Below are positions 1 through 14,188 of a stretch of 64,000 nucleotides of DNA, in pieces. Position 1 is the first letter of the stretch. Every line of letters begins with the position of its first letter. The stretch is from the human T2T-CHM13v2.0 reference genome, Homo sapiens. Location: the NCBI RefSeq assembly GCF_009914755.1, contig NC_060942.1. One strand, 5' to 3'. The notes beneath the pieces were generated by a model. It was not told the origin of the DNA and made no database searches. It saw only the letters and a program-made list of their open reading frames with translations. A program made the translations under genes and the position numbers.

Positions 1-65
1 CCTGGCCAACAACAGTGAAACTCCATCTCAAAAAAAAAAAAAAAAAAAAAAAAACAGAAAAAAAA
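1..65 (+). mobile_element. 3' end of an Alu (AluS-type) with poly(A) tail, cut by the window edge
   Basis: cctggccaac...gtgaaactccatctc followed by a long A tract matches the Alu right-arm end. Confidence 0.9.
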
Positions 66-781
66 GACTCCTACTGATATTTGGACCTATTCTCTAGCCA
101 TAAATGGACTCTGAGAAGTGTTCATTACTGCCTCTGGTTTCCCCTTCAAGTTCAGTCTATCCATTTTGACTGAAGTCACCCCTTCCTGGATCTCACATAT
201 GATCACATGTGCTTGTGTAAGTCAGCTCATCTTCCATCTAGACAGTAAGGTCATCACTGTACCCATGGTGGAACAACCACTTTACCAAAGGAAGCATCTC
301 ACAAATGAAGAAACCACTCCCAACCACCTCCTCTGCAGAAAAGAAAAGCAGGTCATCCAAGTCATGTCCCATCTCAAATCTAAATCTAGCTCTATGTATT
401 GGATTAGAGGGTGGCTATATATTATAAGGGGCATTAGAGAGGTACTCACATCCCTAAATAATCTGCAAAAGTGTGCTTCCCTGCAGTCAGAAGTCCATGC
501 ATTAGTAATCCTTGCATAAGACACAGATTTAAATGCAAATCTCCTCCCTATAGAGAGACATCCCTGCACATTAGCAACTTCAATTTTTGATTCACATAAA
601 ACCTACAGTTAGATGTCTCCTATAAGCTAGACAATTTTTAACAGGATTCAAGAACCAGGAAAGAAAATGTGACCAACATTATTGCTTGAGAGAGAAGAGC
701 TTATTTGGGAGGTCCAAATAAGAGAATTTGCCAGGGTTCACAAGACCATTCATTAGCTGTCTAGGAAAGGAGGCATTTTTA

Positions 782-1766
782 TTTTTTATTTTTAACTTTT
801 ATTTTAAGTTCAAGGGTACATGTGCAGGTTTGTTACATAGGTAAACTTGTGTCATGGGGGTTTGTTGTATAGATTATTTCATTACCCAGGTATTAGTACT
901 CATTAGTTATTTTTCCTGATCATCTCCCTCCTCCCACCCTCCACCCTCCAATAAGCCCCAGTATCTATGTGTCCATGTGTTGTCATCATTTGGCTCCAAT
1001 TTATAGGTGAGAACATGTAGTATTTTGTTTTCTGTTCCTGTATTAGTTTGCTAAGGATAATAGCCAACAGCTCCATCTATGTCCCTGCAAAGGACATAAT
1101 CTCATTCTTTTTTATGGCTGTGTAGTATTTCATGGTGTATATGTACCAAATTTTCTTTATTCGGTCTATCACCAATGGCATTTAGGTTGATTCCATGTCT
1201 TTGCTATTGTGAATAGTGTTGCAGTGAACATATGTGTGCATGTGTTTTTATAGTAGAATGATTTATATTCCTTTGGATATATATCCAGTAATGGGATTGC
1301 TGGGTCAAATTGTATTTCTGCCTCTCGGTCTTTGAGGAATCACCACACACTGTCTGCCACAATAGTTGAAGTAATTTACACTCCCACCATCAGTGTATAA
1401 GTGTTCGTTTTTCTCCATAACCTCTCCATCTTCTGTTATTTTTTGACTTTTTAATAATAGACATTCTGACTTGTGTGAGATAACATCTCACTGTGGTTTT
1501 GATTTGCATTTCTCCAATGATCACTGATGTGGAGCCTTTTTTATATGATTATTAGCTGAATGTATGTTTTCTTTTGAAAAGTATTCATGTTCGTTGCCCA
1601 CTTTTTAATGGGGTTGTTTTTTTTTCATCTTTTAAATTTAAGTTTCTTATAGATGCCAGATATTACACCTTTGTTGAAAGTACAGTTTGCAAAATTTTTA
1701 TCCCATTCTGTAGTTTAGACAAACTCTATTGACAGTTTCTTTTGTTGTGCAGAAGCTTTTTAGTTT
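782..1766 (-). mobile_element. L1PA (approx. L1PA11-13) 3' UTR and ORF2 end; non-inverted part of a 5'-inverted insertion
   Basis: T-rich tail, then gggtacatgtgcaggtttgttacataggtaaacttgtgtcatggggg (L1PA 3' UTR antisense); TSD ggaggcattttta at 769-781 and 2625-2637. Confidence 0.9.
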
Positions 1767-2622
1767 CCATACACCAACAACAGTCAAGCCAAGAGCCAAA
1801 TTGGGAATGAACTCTCATTCACAACTGTCATGACACACACACACACACACACACACAATACCTAGGAATACAGCTAACCAAAGAGGTGAAAGATCTATAA
1901 ACCACTGCTCAAAGAAATCAGAGATGACACAAACAAATGGAAAAACATTCCATGCTCATGAGTACAAACAATCATTATCATTAAAATGCCCAAATTGCCC
2001 AAAGCAATTTAAAGATTCAATGCTATGCCTATTAAACTACCATTGACATTCTTCACAGAATGCAAAATAGCTATTTTAAAATTCATATGGAACCAGAAAT
2101 AGCCTGAATAGCCAAGGCAATCCCAAGCAAAAAGAGCAAAGCTAGAGGCATCACACTACCCAACTTTAAGCTATACTACAGAGCTAGAGTAATCAAAACA
2201 GCATGATACTGTTACAAAAACAGGCATATAAACCAATGGAACAGAATAGAGAACCCAGAAATAAGACCACAAACTTACAACTATCTGATCTTTGACAAAC
2301 CTGACAAAAACAAGCAATGAGGAAAGGATTCCCTATTCAATAAATGGTGCTGAGATAATGGGCTACTCATATGTAGAAGATTAAAACTGGACCCCTTCCT
2401 CATACCATGTACAAAAATTAACTCAAGATGGATGAAAGACTTAGACGTAAAACCCAAAACTATAAAAGCCCTGGAAGGCAAAACTAGGCAACACCATTCA
2501 GGGCATAGGCATTGGCAAAGATTTTATGAAGAAGATGCCAAAAGCAACTGCAACAAAAGCAAAAATTGACAAATGGAATCTAATTATAATAAACTAAACA
2601 GCTTCTGCACAGCAAAAGAAAC
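1767..2622 (+). mobile_element. Inverted ORF2 segment of the same L1PA insertion
   Basis: Sense L1 ORF2 sequence (acaaacaaatggaaaaacattccatgctcatg...cttctgcacagcaaaagaaac) bounded by the shared TSD; contains (CA)n at ~1834-1857. Confidence 0.9.
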
Positions 2623-3454
2623 AGGGAGGCATTTTTAAATGAAAGTTTTCATGACTATGAAGCCCCAACATTTTTTTTTTTAATTCCACAATCTGGCCAA
2701 TGGCTAGGCTATAAAGTTTACCTAAGGTATCTGAGATTTTACTGAATTTGGAGACAGTTGAGCAACTGTGCCTCTTTCATTTTATCTACCCTTCTAAAGG
2801 TTAAGAATATTTAGTTATTTCTAGATTTTAGATATTCTCCCTTCATTAGCGCCATTAACAAGACGTCCCATCAGTGCAGACAGAACTCACTGAAGTTCAT
2901 GACCCTGCTATGGATAAATGTTGGTTAAAGGATTCAGACCTAAGTCTGCCTCTTTATTTTAATTCATTATGTAAATCCTGAAACACTTCTTCAGATATAT
3001 TCAAACTCTTCTTTATGTTGTAATCTATATGATAATGCCATGAAAATCTGATCAAGAATTCTATCCTACTCCATTCTTTGGTGATTTACAAACTGATGGT
3101 ACCTACTCTGTCAGAAGACACTTCTCTCCAGCTATCGACAAATACATCAATTTTTAAGGTGGTTGAGTTGCATGTCTCTATTACCTGTCAGCCAACAAGA
3201 AGTGTGACTATGTTAATATATGCTAGTAAAAGAATGTAAGAGCAAGGAGATTACCCTAGCCATTCAATTCACCAATAATTTATTGAACTAATTTGTGCAT
3301 AACACTGACCTAAATGATGCATTTGATTATTAATGGAAGGGAGGGAGGCTTAATGATAGTTGCCATTTACTTTATTACAAGAATTTTAGAAAATTTATCT
3401 TGTTTAAGAATTTCGGCACCATGTGAAACACAAATTATCCCAGATATACTTTTT

Positions 3455-3562
3455 AAGACGAGGAAACTAAGGCTTAGTAAGAATAACTTTTATCGAGGCC
3501 ACATGAATATCTAGTGTTGAAGCTGCAATTTAAACCAGTTCCATGTCTCTGAAGCCAGCACT
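3455..3562 (-). mobile_element. MIR fragment
   Basis: agacgaggaaactaaggc is the MIR core in antisense. Confidence 0.6.
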
Positions 3563-3637
3563 TGACACTTAACCCTCTAGTATATTACTCGCTAAATAGC
3601 CCTCTTAGTACTGCCATAGAGTAAATGTCCTCCCTAA

Positions 3638-4027
<390 letters not shown>

Positions 4028-4714
4028 TCCTCTTTCTTACAGCTTTTGTTTTTTGACTAACCAGATCAATGGGTAGCACATTAACGCAAACTATATATAT
4101 GCTTTCTAACCAATTGTCAGGAAAGCGGAATTGGTCAACAAGCTCAGTCACAAGGTGAGGTTTAATAACTTGTTAATACAAATCGACATAGCATCTGGAT
4201 TTCTTGCAGCTATAGCCTTTTCTCTTCTATACTCCCTTTGCCCAACCCACTGCTCCCAGTATCATACTCAGGTTAAGCAAGTATCTATGGCTTGCCTGCC
4301 TTAAATTCTGTTTTATTACCCTCCCAGTTCACTCCTCTTACCCTCCTATTGAGGCCACGCTGGGAACCTTGGCCTGTATATCTCGGATAGATATGCCTGA
4401 CTAGTTCTTACCAGCTCCTCCAAGTAAAGCAGTGTTTCTCACTGCATTAGAACCATTAAGGAAAATTGTCATCTCCCTCTCTACCATTCATTACCTTTTC
4501 TACTCTGATTGCTAATCCTGGGTTGGGTTGCAGTTTTCTATAACATAACAAAATTTGAGAGCCAAATTCTAAGAGATGCTAGTGTTCATATCTCTTGCTG
4601 TAAAGTGTGATTACAGCATGGCTAGAAGAATTCTTGTAACCCTAGCATGTTTATGTCTGATTATATTACCCATCAAGGAAAAAATTCACTTTGCAAACTC
4701 TAACTTTCCTGTGA

Positions 4715-4815
4715 ATACAGATTATGTCTGTCTTGTTTGCTAGTGTAACTTGAAAGGCACTTATAGGGCATGGCACATATTAAGTGCTCCACAAATATTT
4801 GTTTGATTTAAATCA
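4715..4815 (+). mobile_element. L2 3' end fragment
   Basis: ggcatggcacatattaagtgctccacaaatatttgtttga resembles the L2 terminus. Confidence 0.55.
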
Positions 4816-7008
4816 ATGGCTGGAAGACTGAACAGATGGAGCAATGGATGAATGACATTCTTGTTGGCTGAGCTAGCTTATTTCTTCTTCCCCACAACAC
4901 ATACCTTTTCCATATGATAGTAATAACCCTAAACTTCTCCTGAGCCTTGCAATTATGGCCTTGTTATATCACATCAGGCCAGTCTATTTCCCAAGATACC
5001 TGGATAAAATATATATGAATGATACTATGGATTAGGAGAGTTTTAGACAACCTAAGTGATGTATCAAGTTCTCCTATCACTCCTCTTTATCTCCTGGGAA
5101 AGTGAGTTTGTTGTGTTACACAACATAATTATCAAAGTGGCAAACACATCACATATTTTCTTATCATAATTTTAATTACTTTTGTTTGCTTGTCTTTGCC
5201 TTTTCCATTGAAAGCCTTCATTCATATTGACCCACTTCAATTTTGCTTAGTTTATAAATCCTGGTGAAATTTTAGCTAGAAGTGGCATGGCCATAGCTGA
5301 AGTTTATATTCATAAGTAACAATATGGGTAAGAACATGCCTTTGGTTTTTATGATAGTTTTTGAATCAGATTTTCAATGACTTAAAAGTTTTCTTAAAAT
5401 GTGTACCATATGCCTACATTTTTTTGACATTTATAAAGAAGGTTATTCTGCGCCTGAGCTCTTTGGTTATCTGACTACTAGAGAATATGAGGCAGAGAAC
5501 ACTTACTGCAAAGAAAATGTTCTTTTATAGCATCCTTTAGTATGCATTATAGCTCTGAAAGAAATAGAAGCCAAGATTTCCAAATATATTAGTTTCCCAA
5601 AGTTATCACTCAACAATGTTTGACACAGCGGAGGCAATAGGTAAAGTTAGTACAGTCCTTGTTAAACCCTGGGTTTAATGATTTTTTTTAGGACATTCGT
5701 ATTAAAATGGGATCGTTAAAAATATACTGCCATTCCAGCAGCAAAAAAATGCATACAATAAGTTCACACAATGCATACCAATAATGACTCAACAAAATAA
5801 ATGGCAAAATGAAACCAGCATTGCTCACAGTGTGTTTAAAATAACCTTTAGGCATTTGATGAGTTTTATTGGTAACCATTTGGTGGCAAACTACTCAGTG
5901 TAAAAGAACAGTTTAAAAGCTAATAGGAAAAATCTGGCATTAATAACGTGGTAGAGTACAGTGAGAACAATAGTGAAGTTACTGCAGAAAGCAATGTATC
6001 TAGATAATTAAACTTAAGTCATTTTGGTTCTACAGCAGTAAAAGATATGCCTGCTAGGAACATGAGAGACCCCATATGCAAAGCTGACTCTAAGAGTAAA
6101 AAGTCGGCTTCGTGGTTACACAAATAGGTTGAAATAGAGTGTGGAGCAAGGCAGAGAAGTGTAGGCAGATCACTCGGATTCATTAATTATCCTCTCTCAG
6201 CTTTATTTTTCCTTCACTCAAAAGGTTATTACTATCGTTTTATTCTTAAATTATGTTGGTAAACACTATGCCTCCCTCTTAATCTGTGCCAGAATCATGA
6301 ATAAACAACTTAAATGTGCAAAAGACCTTGGAAATGCATGCCAAGATAAACTATAGATAAAATTATCCATAGCTTGAAATTAAAGTTAAAACCCTAGTGC
6401 AGTTACTTAGTTGAGATATATGAGAATAGGCCAGTAGCATCTTTGTTTTTCCTTTTCTCAGTATGCATAATAATAAAGCAAACGTTAATAACATTTTTGT
6501 GATGCAGAGTGATTAATAAGCAATTAGGTCTGTGTCTAAATGATTTTGTTGGCAGTCTTCAATATGCGTTTCTTGGAAGTCTACTGCTGTCTGATACTGA
6601 TTCTAACAACTAGTATAACATTTTTTTAAAAAATTATAGGATTGTATTAATAGCTAAACCATAACAAGAGTGGGTCTGGGCTCAGACAATGCACAGAATA
6701 TGATCAGGGATGTTTAGGTATCAATGTAGAAGACACATTTGAAAGCCACCTCATCACTGATAATACAAAAAGGATGGTTGTGGGATCATCCTATTTGTTT
6801 TATTCTATTTATTATATTAAATTTTAAAATTTACAGTGTTTTGTGTTATGCTTTTCATCATTTTAATCTTGTCAAAAATCTAGATGAAAGGTACACTATA
6901 TTGAACACGTTTTAAATTATGGGACCCTTGAACTCTATATTTAAAAAGAAAAAGCCAAGTAGTTTTTATTCTACCTAATCTAAACATACCTTTAAAATCC
7001 TGAATTCA

Positions 7009-7314
7009 GGCTGGATGTTGTGGCTCACACCTATAATGCCAGCATTTTGAGAAGCCAAGGCAGGTGGATTGCTTGAGCCTAGGAGTTCTAGACCAGTTTG
7101 GGCAAAATGGTGAAACCTCACCTCTACAAAAAATACAAAGATTAGCTGGGTGTGATGCCATGTGCCTGAAGTTTCAGTTACTTCGGAGGCTGAGGTAAGA
7201 GGATCAATTAAGCCCAGGAGGTCACGGCTGCCATGAGCCATGAGCGCACCACTGCACTCTAGCTTGGGAGACAGGGTGAGATCTTGTTTCAAAAAAATAT
7301 AAAAGTAATAAAAA
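7009..7314 (+). mobile_element. AluJ, full length
   Basis: gattgcttgagcctaggagtt and aagcccaggaggtc (J-type); perfect 16-bp TSD taaaatcctgaattca at 6993-7008 and 7315-7330. Confidence 0.95.
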
Positions 7315-9617
7315 TAAAATCCTGAATTCAAAGTTTGTTGAAGACTCAATAATTTCTTATACATGAAGACCACATGAAACTTTTCAATGTGTATTATTCA
7401 CATTTAGTATTTTACTGAGTAAGCACAACAACTTTATGACACTGTATGATAAAGATGAGCTCCTGTGGGCTGATAAAGAAACCGAAGCCCAGGGAGTTCA
7501 GCAAACTTGTTCAAATAGAAAGTTTAGGTCTTGGACACAGAAACTCTGCATGTTTGAATTAAACACAGCATCAGCTGTCATGATAGAAAGGAAATTTTGA
7601 GTTCGAGTAATGAGACTCTGTTAGAATTTCACAAAATAGCTACTGAAAGTGTTCCAAACAAAAGAGTCAGGAATTTGGACACCACCACTACCACCGCACA
7701 TACCCACCAAACCCAGATCATTCGAGGGAGGAGGCAGGAGAGGCTTTTGCTCTGCTTCACTTCAACAAATGACCCTGAATTTGGATTTGTAATATAAACT
7801 TTCAATACTTTTATACATTGAATTATTAGCAAGGGGAAAATGTTATTATCTCCTGAATGATATTCTCAAACATGCCAAAGTTTATTTTATATCCTAGAAA
7901 TCTTCTCCCAAAAAACAATAAATGGCAGAAGAAGCAGGAGGGGGAGAGATGGGGAGGGAGCAGAAGAGGGAGCTGGAAGAAGAGGAAAGAACTTCCAGTC
8001 CCCACTTGCTCCTGAAATTTCTAGTCACAGACTTAGCATCATGATGCTCTTCAAATTCAATTTAGTGTGGTTTGATTATTAGTACAGAGCACCCAGAATG
8101 AGCTATGCTAGATGGCAACAGTATGTAAGGATCACTTCCTGATACCTTCTTCCCTCTTTTATTCCTGGCTCATGGCTTTGCTTTCTTAAAGCAAGAGGTG
8201 TCTGCAAGAATGGGGAGGGGGAGGCTGCTAGATGAGAAAAGAAGAAGAAAGTAGCCTGATTGCAGCTTAGCTTTGTGAATTCAAGAAGTGTGTGTTTGAA
8301 AAATGAAGGTGCATAAGTTAGTGTAGCTCCAGGGCGCCAGCTTCCCTAGTGTTAGCATAGCTGACACACTGACAGTTTATATGGAATTTATGTGCCTATT
8401 TCCTCTGCTTTTTATGGGAAAACATGTTGTTACCTTACAGCTGCCCACATCACATGCCGCCAATCCACCTCTGAGCCATAGAGCACCTTTCTTGAGGAAA
8501 CATACATACATCAAGGGCTTATGCATTTTTTACAATGTCGTAAGGGAAAAATAATAAAATATGGGTTATTGTGTACACCATTCCACAATTTAATTTTTTT
8601 TTATTTCACTGGCTTAATTGACTCTGACCATTTTTATTGCCCCTTTCCCCACCTCATCTCGCCATTTTAATTGTTTATGTGTTTGTGTACAATTGGATCG
8701 CATCTGGAGAAGGACAGAAGCTGTAACCACAACTTAAAAGCCAATTGCAGAGCTTTAAAAAGTAAATAAAGCATTTAAGCTGCCACATCAGTAGGAAGAT
8801 CTATGCAAATGTAAACAGAAGGAAATGTACGTTTTAGAATGAAATGCTTAAAAATCAGCTCCTCTTTTCAATCACCTTCAGGAGCCCTGGATCCTTTGTG
8901 ATCTCTGGCTGGTGGAAGGCAGTACACAAGGAAGCATGGCAGGGGTCTCGCTCTGCCTCTTCCCTTCCACTCCGTGGGCCAGAAGCTCCGCTTGGGCCAG
9001 AAGCAGAACCTTCACCTGAGCATACTTCAGAGGCAGGTTGTTCAATGGCCGAGGGCCTGGGGTCACTCTCACCTATTGCTTTGTCCCGCTGTCTTGCCCA
9101 GACTCTCAATGCCTGCGGCAGTTTTTTCCGGACACATCTCGTTTTCTACTTAGCCTTTATTCCTATTTTTTGAATGACCTGATAGGAGAAAAATAAGTGA
9201 TTTATGCCAATTTACATTTCCCACAGTCATCTACACTTCCAAATAGAATCTCATTGCTATAAATCAATCTTTAATTGGGAAGTGAAGAATGTAATGCAAT
9301 GAGAGAAAAATAATGGGGATAGATTAATGAATCCAAATCATAGAAGGCAACTTCTTTGCAATACAGGGGACCAACTGGCTCTGTACCCTTCAATAAGCAG
9401 TAAATGGAAATATGGTTCAACATTTATCTTGCCAGCTCTCCTCAAACTTGTATGCCCAGGTTTCTCAGGATACCCCTGCTTTGGGGCACGTTATTAGACA
9501 ACAAAATGTGAAGGAGATTTTCACTTAAGGGGGAAAGATAATGTATGTGAAACTTAGCCTTCTAGTGAGTAGGTTGGACCCTAAATGATGTAAAGAATTC
9601 TCTTATTTCTCAAGCCT

Positions 9618-9667
9618 GTGTGTGTGTGTGTGTGTGTGTGGTGTGGTGTGTGTGTGTGCTTGTGTGT
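9618..9667. repeat. (TG)n microsatellite, interrupted
   Basis: Direct reading. Confidence 0.95.
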
Positions 9668-11632
9668 TTAGGTACATCTTGAACATTCCTGCTTGAAAAT
9701 CTTAGAGTCAATGCTCTGATGCTTTTACATTGGCTAAGGTGGGTGCTTTAGCACTGAATTTTGTACCTCTCCACCAAACTACCTTTTGAAATAAAAAATA
9801 TTTTCTAAGTATATAGAAAAAACTGTCATAACCTAAGATGCTGGCCCCAGAAGGATTGCCTTGTAGTAGTTAAAGGCAAACAATCAGCACCTCCTGCAAT
9901 CTGCCTGCTGATATTTCCTTTCCTCTCAGGGTGCCTGGTGAATTACGGAAAAATCAATGAAGTCTTCTTGTGTCTTGTTCTCCTCCTTGTAATGCTTTAT
10001 CCCCCAGAATGACACATCTCCTTCCTTTAGTACTCTGTAGCAAAACTGAGACAGGGCTAGACTATTTAACTAACACATTTAAAAAGGATCTGCAATAACA
10101 AAGCAAACCCAGTTTTATGAATTAATTTGCCTTCTTGCCAAGATGCAGCTTATTCATCTTTGTGTTCATTCCACCCTGGGACTGGTCCCTCCTGTAACTC
10201 CTAACCTGCCTCCACATAGCACAGGTCCTGTTTAACCCTGCCTGTTGAAAATTCTCAAAGTTCAGGTCAAGAAAAGTCAAGAAGTCAAGATAGTTTACTT
10301 CAAATACATGAGATTCTATCATGTGGGATTTAAATTTGACTTGCTTTGTGCAGTTCTGGTGTGTGAAATTATGATCAATGAAGGTGACATGAAGAAAAAG
10401 CTCAGCCCAGGATAAGTAAGAATCTTCTAATGAGCAGCCCTAGGTTACAATGGAATGAGATGCTTTTTGAGACAAGGAGTTTGAAGTAGAGCTTGGAAGA
10501 GCAACAAAGACATAGACACTCACATTTAAGGGCTGGAATGATTTTAACTTGCCTATAGAGCAACCAACCTCTTTACCTGAAGGTCTATGACTCTATCATG
10601 GTCTCAATATAATGTTAAGATTCTTAAAGAAAGGTTTCCAAAGTAGAGGCCCCACACTGATTTAACTCACCCTCCTGTGAGGTAGAGATGGCATTTGCCA
10701 AATTTTAGATCTGCACGGATGGCTAAGGTGGAATAAATTCTGGGAGGATGCGATTACCTGCAACACATAAGCCTTTGTGATATCACAGACAGCAGGGTGG
10801 TATTTGTTCTCTCTTGCAGTTATTTAGATAATGTTTTGGATAAGTTTTCAGTTTGGTTTTATCTCTTATTGCTTTTAGGTTTCATGTATGCTTATCCTAT
10901 TTATAAAAGGGTTGTGTATGTCTTACTTCACATCTCTCTTAGCATTGTTTCTGAGGGATAGAAATATATTATGCATTTTTCTTGTCCTTCAGTTGTTCCT
11001 CCAGATCAGGAATATATACAAGAAGAAATATGACAAATGTAATCTGCTCTCCTGCAAACCTGAATTTATTTAAAGTGAAAAGGCAAAGAGATCAGAAAGT
11101 CTGTGTAGCAAAATTTGTACAGTGTCACCTGACACTGACATAGAAAAAATAGGAAAAAACTTCAACTTCTTGCAGTGGGTAATGTAATAAACAAGAAGAA
11201 TATGGTTGACAGTATGCGTATGTGTGTATGTGTACGTGCACGTGTGTGTGTTTATGCTTTCATTGAAAGGAGCCATTTGAAAAGCAACCCATTTTGATAG
11301 ATGTTTTTCCTATATCCCCTAAATTTATTCTTTAGAAAACAATAAAAACATAGCAAGACTGGCCTGAGAGCCAATCTTAGAGAGTAGTCAACTCCCTCAT
11401 TTTAGTGATGGGGCACTTGAAGTCATGGGGGACAGGGGTGGTAAAACGTCTTGTCCACAGTTGCACAGCTCTTTAATGGCAGAACCAATACTTTGCAGCA
11501 GTTTATTGCTCTTACTATCATAGCACCTCTTAGACAAACCACCGATGAATTGTCCAATGTCTTGAGTGATTGGGGGTTTAACAAGATTGCTATTGAAGTT
11601 AATTTTGTGCATCAACCATAGTGAATTATAAG

Positions 11633-11783
11633 TTTTTCTTTTCTTTTCTTTTCTTTCTTTCTTAAATGGAGAGGTGGTCTCTCTATGTTGCCCAGGCTGG
11701 TCTCAAACTCCTGGACTCAAGCAATCCTCCTGCTTCGGTTTTTTAAAGTATTGGAATTACAGGCGTAAGCCACTGTACCCACC
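11633..11783 (-). mobile_element. FLAM / free left Alu monomer
   Basis: (TTTTC)n tail, then ctatgttgcccaggctggtctcaaactcctggactcaagcaatcctcc...gccactgtacc; single monomer only. Confidence 0.85.
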
Positions 11784-11890
11784 TGAAAGTTGCTTTTCAT
11801 AGGTATCCTAGTGTACATGAAAGTGACATGAAGCTCACTATGTTTTTGGTAGAGATTGAGCCTTAAGGATTACTGATATGACAAAATATC

Positions 11891-12118
11891 TAACATTGAT
11901 TGAATGTTTGTCCTGCCCATCTCACTTCTAATTGTTGTCATATATTAACCTTAGATAATCCTTAATACAGAACAACAATGTAACTAACATAAATATTCTA
12001 CTTCACAGAATAAGGAAACTGAGATTCAGGGCGTGTGCCCAATTTCACAGTTCGTAAGATTGGAAACAGAATTGTAGTGTAGGCAATACCACTCCAGGAG
12101 CTGCTTTTCTTAACCACC
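11891..12118 (-). mobile_element. MIR
   Basis: acagaataaggaaactgagattcag core; ends ttcttaaccac. Confidence 0.7.
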
Positions 12119-12265
12119 AAACTATTTTGTCCCCCTGCAGAATTAGCATATTATGGATGGTTACCTATGCTGTGTGAATTAAAAAGAGGTAACAGTCACA
12201 GAATGTCTTTTCTTTGTCTTCATCAGTTCCTGAACTTTCTAGTGAATCTAAGCATTCTCAGCAGG

Positions 12266-12310
12266 CGTGTGTCTGCGTGTGTGTGTGTGTGTGTGCATGT
12301 ATGTCTGTGT
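12266..12310. repeat. (TG)n microsatellite
   Basis: Direct reading. Confidence 0.85.
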
Positions 12311-13594
12311 GGTGTTCACATATGTTACATAAGAAAAGTACTATAGTATTTAAGTTTATTACCACTACATGGTTCATTGTCACTTTAAAAAAGAGAGCTC
12401 TAAAAAAGGCACTCAGGATGGGTAATGTTTTGAAATGTGTTTGGTGGAAGCAGTGGAAAAATCTAGCTTCTAAAAGGATTCATCTAGAATCCAAGTAAGA
12501 TAAATTATGCTAGTAAGAAGCTTCAGAAATTTAGGGGAAAAAAGAGAAAGAACTAGGATTCCAGAGAGAAAGAAAACAAAAACAAACAAAGAAACAAAAC
12601 AAGACAGAAGATGCAAGGAGTTGGCAAATATATACAATACATATACTGGCAAATATATGGGTATTACAGTATGTATGCCTGTATAAACTGCTTCATAATT
12701 TATGCTCCTATATACAGTTGTTTAACTCTTATAGCTGAAATTACAGCACATATGTCCACTCCTATCCTTTATTAACTGAAGTCCCATTTTATGTTCAGTG
12801 CCTCTTCAGTCTTTTCATTAAGTTTCCTCTACCCTGACTCAGGTCATTAGAACTTCACCTCTGGATTGGTGTACTAGTTTAAATATTATTATATGAATTT
12901 GTCGTTTGAACACTGCTCCTTTTTTTCTCCAGTCCCTCTTATTCCATTTTAATCAAGCCATTTGCTAGCTTAAATGTCTTCTTTAGGCTTCTATCTTTCA
13001 AAACATAAAACTGTTTATCGTAGCGTTCAAGTTCTAACCTGAACCTGACTTTACAACCTGCGACTACTTTGACAAGTCCAGTCAAATGGATCCATTGTCC
13101 ACTCACAGAATGTGTTCTATCTTCCTATTTCTGAAACTTTATGCCTGGCATCTCCTCCACTTAGAATTTCCTCCCCTATTTCTGACTTCTAAATCCTAAC
13201 CCTTCTCAAGGTCCAGCTCATCTGCCACCTACTTCTGAAAGTTTTCATTGTTATATCAGAAAAATAGTTTATAGTGAATTCTAAAAGATCTTTAATAATG
13301 CAATGCCAATTGCATGCTTCCCTGAATTATAGTTATTTGTATGTAAGTTAAGAATATTCAATAGTGACTCAATCAATGTCTTCAAACCCCCTGTATTGCT
13401 GGACACATTTTTCATAAGCCTAAATCATAATATGTTCCATTCCAACCCTGTCTCTAGAAATGTACTTGAAATTAGGCTTCATAAACATAAGAAGTTCTAA
13501 ATGAAGCTCTGATAAATGAATACATGATAAATGTTTCATGATCTGTTCACTTGCTGGCTTTCTGACTCCATCCTTTCCTGGTCTCTCCTATACT

Positions 13595-14167
13595 TGTAAC
13601 AGTGGAGGGAGGCTCAGCATACTGACTCCATTTTGCCTCTGAGCAGCACAGCCCCCCATCCCCTGAGCCATGCCAGCAGTAGTATCTTTTAGATTAAAAG
13701 TTTCTGCTTAACTTTGCCTGTAAACCAGCTAATTATAGGAGGAATTTAGCTTGCAGTGCAGCTTTAAAACAAAATAATAGTCCCTTTCTCAAAACTAACT
13801 CCTGAGGAGATAAGGAAATGTTAAAGACTAACAGGAACACTATGACCTGATCTACTTCATCCCAACCAAAGTCAACTGACGAAGAACAAAGAAGTGTTAC
13901 AACTTCTTTGAATCTTCACTAGTGCCCAGATGTCTATGGTCTTAGGGCACCTTTTAGCCTCAACTCCCTCTTCTCCTCCCTTCCCTTAACATGAAAAGGA
14001 GTCTGAAGTTAATACTTACTAACTTAAGGTGATCCTTTAGGATGCTATTCTATCATCTTCTTGGTTAGCTGGCTGTGTAAATGAAGTTGCTTTCCTTGCC
14101 CCAAAACCTTGTCTGTCAACTTACTGGCTGTTGTGGGGAGAGTAGTGCAAGACTGGACTCAGTTACA
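13595..14167 (+). mobile_element. ERV1-class solo LTR (LTR8/LTR26-related; subfamily uncertain)
   Basis: tgtaac...gttaca termini, gactccattttg motif near the 5' end, 4-bp TSD tact/tatt. Confidence 0.8.
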
Positions 14168-14188
14168 TATTCACTACTAGTTACTATG

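Noticed and set aside
118-519. 133-aa ORF in unique sequence
   Set aside because: Starts at GTG, has no recognisable domain, and no supporting promoter or splice structure; consistent with chance
8844-9173. Three overlapping ORFs on both strands
   Set aside because: Locally GC-rich sequence with few stops; no recognisable protein similarity and no convincing donor site
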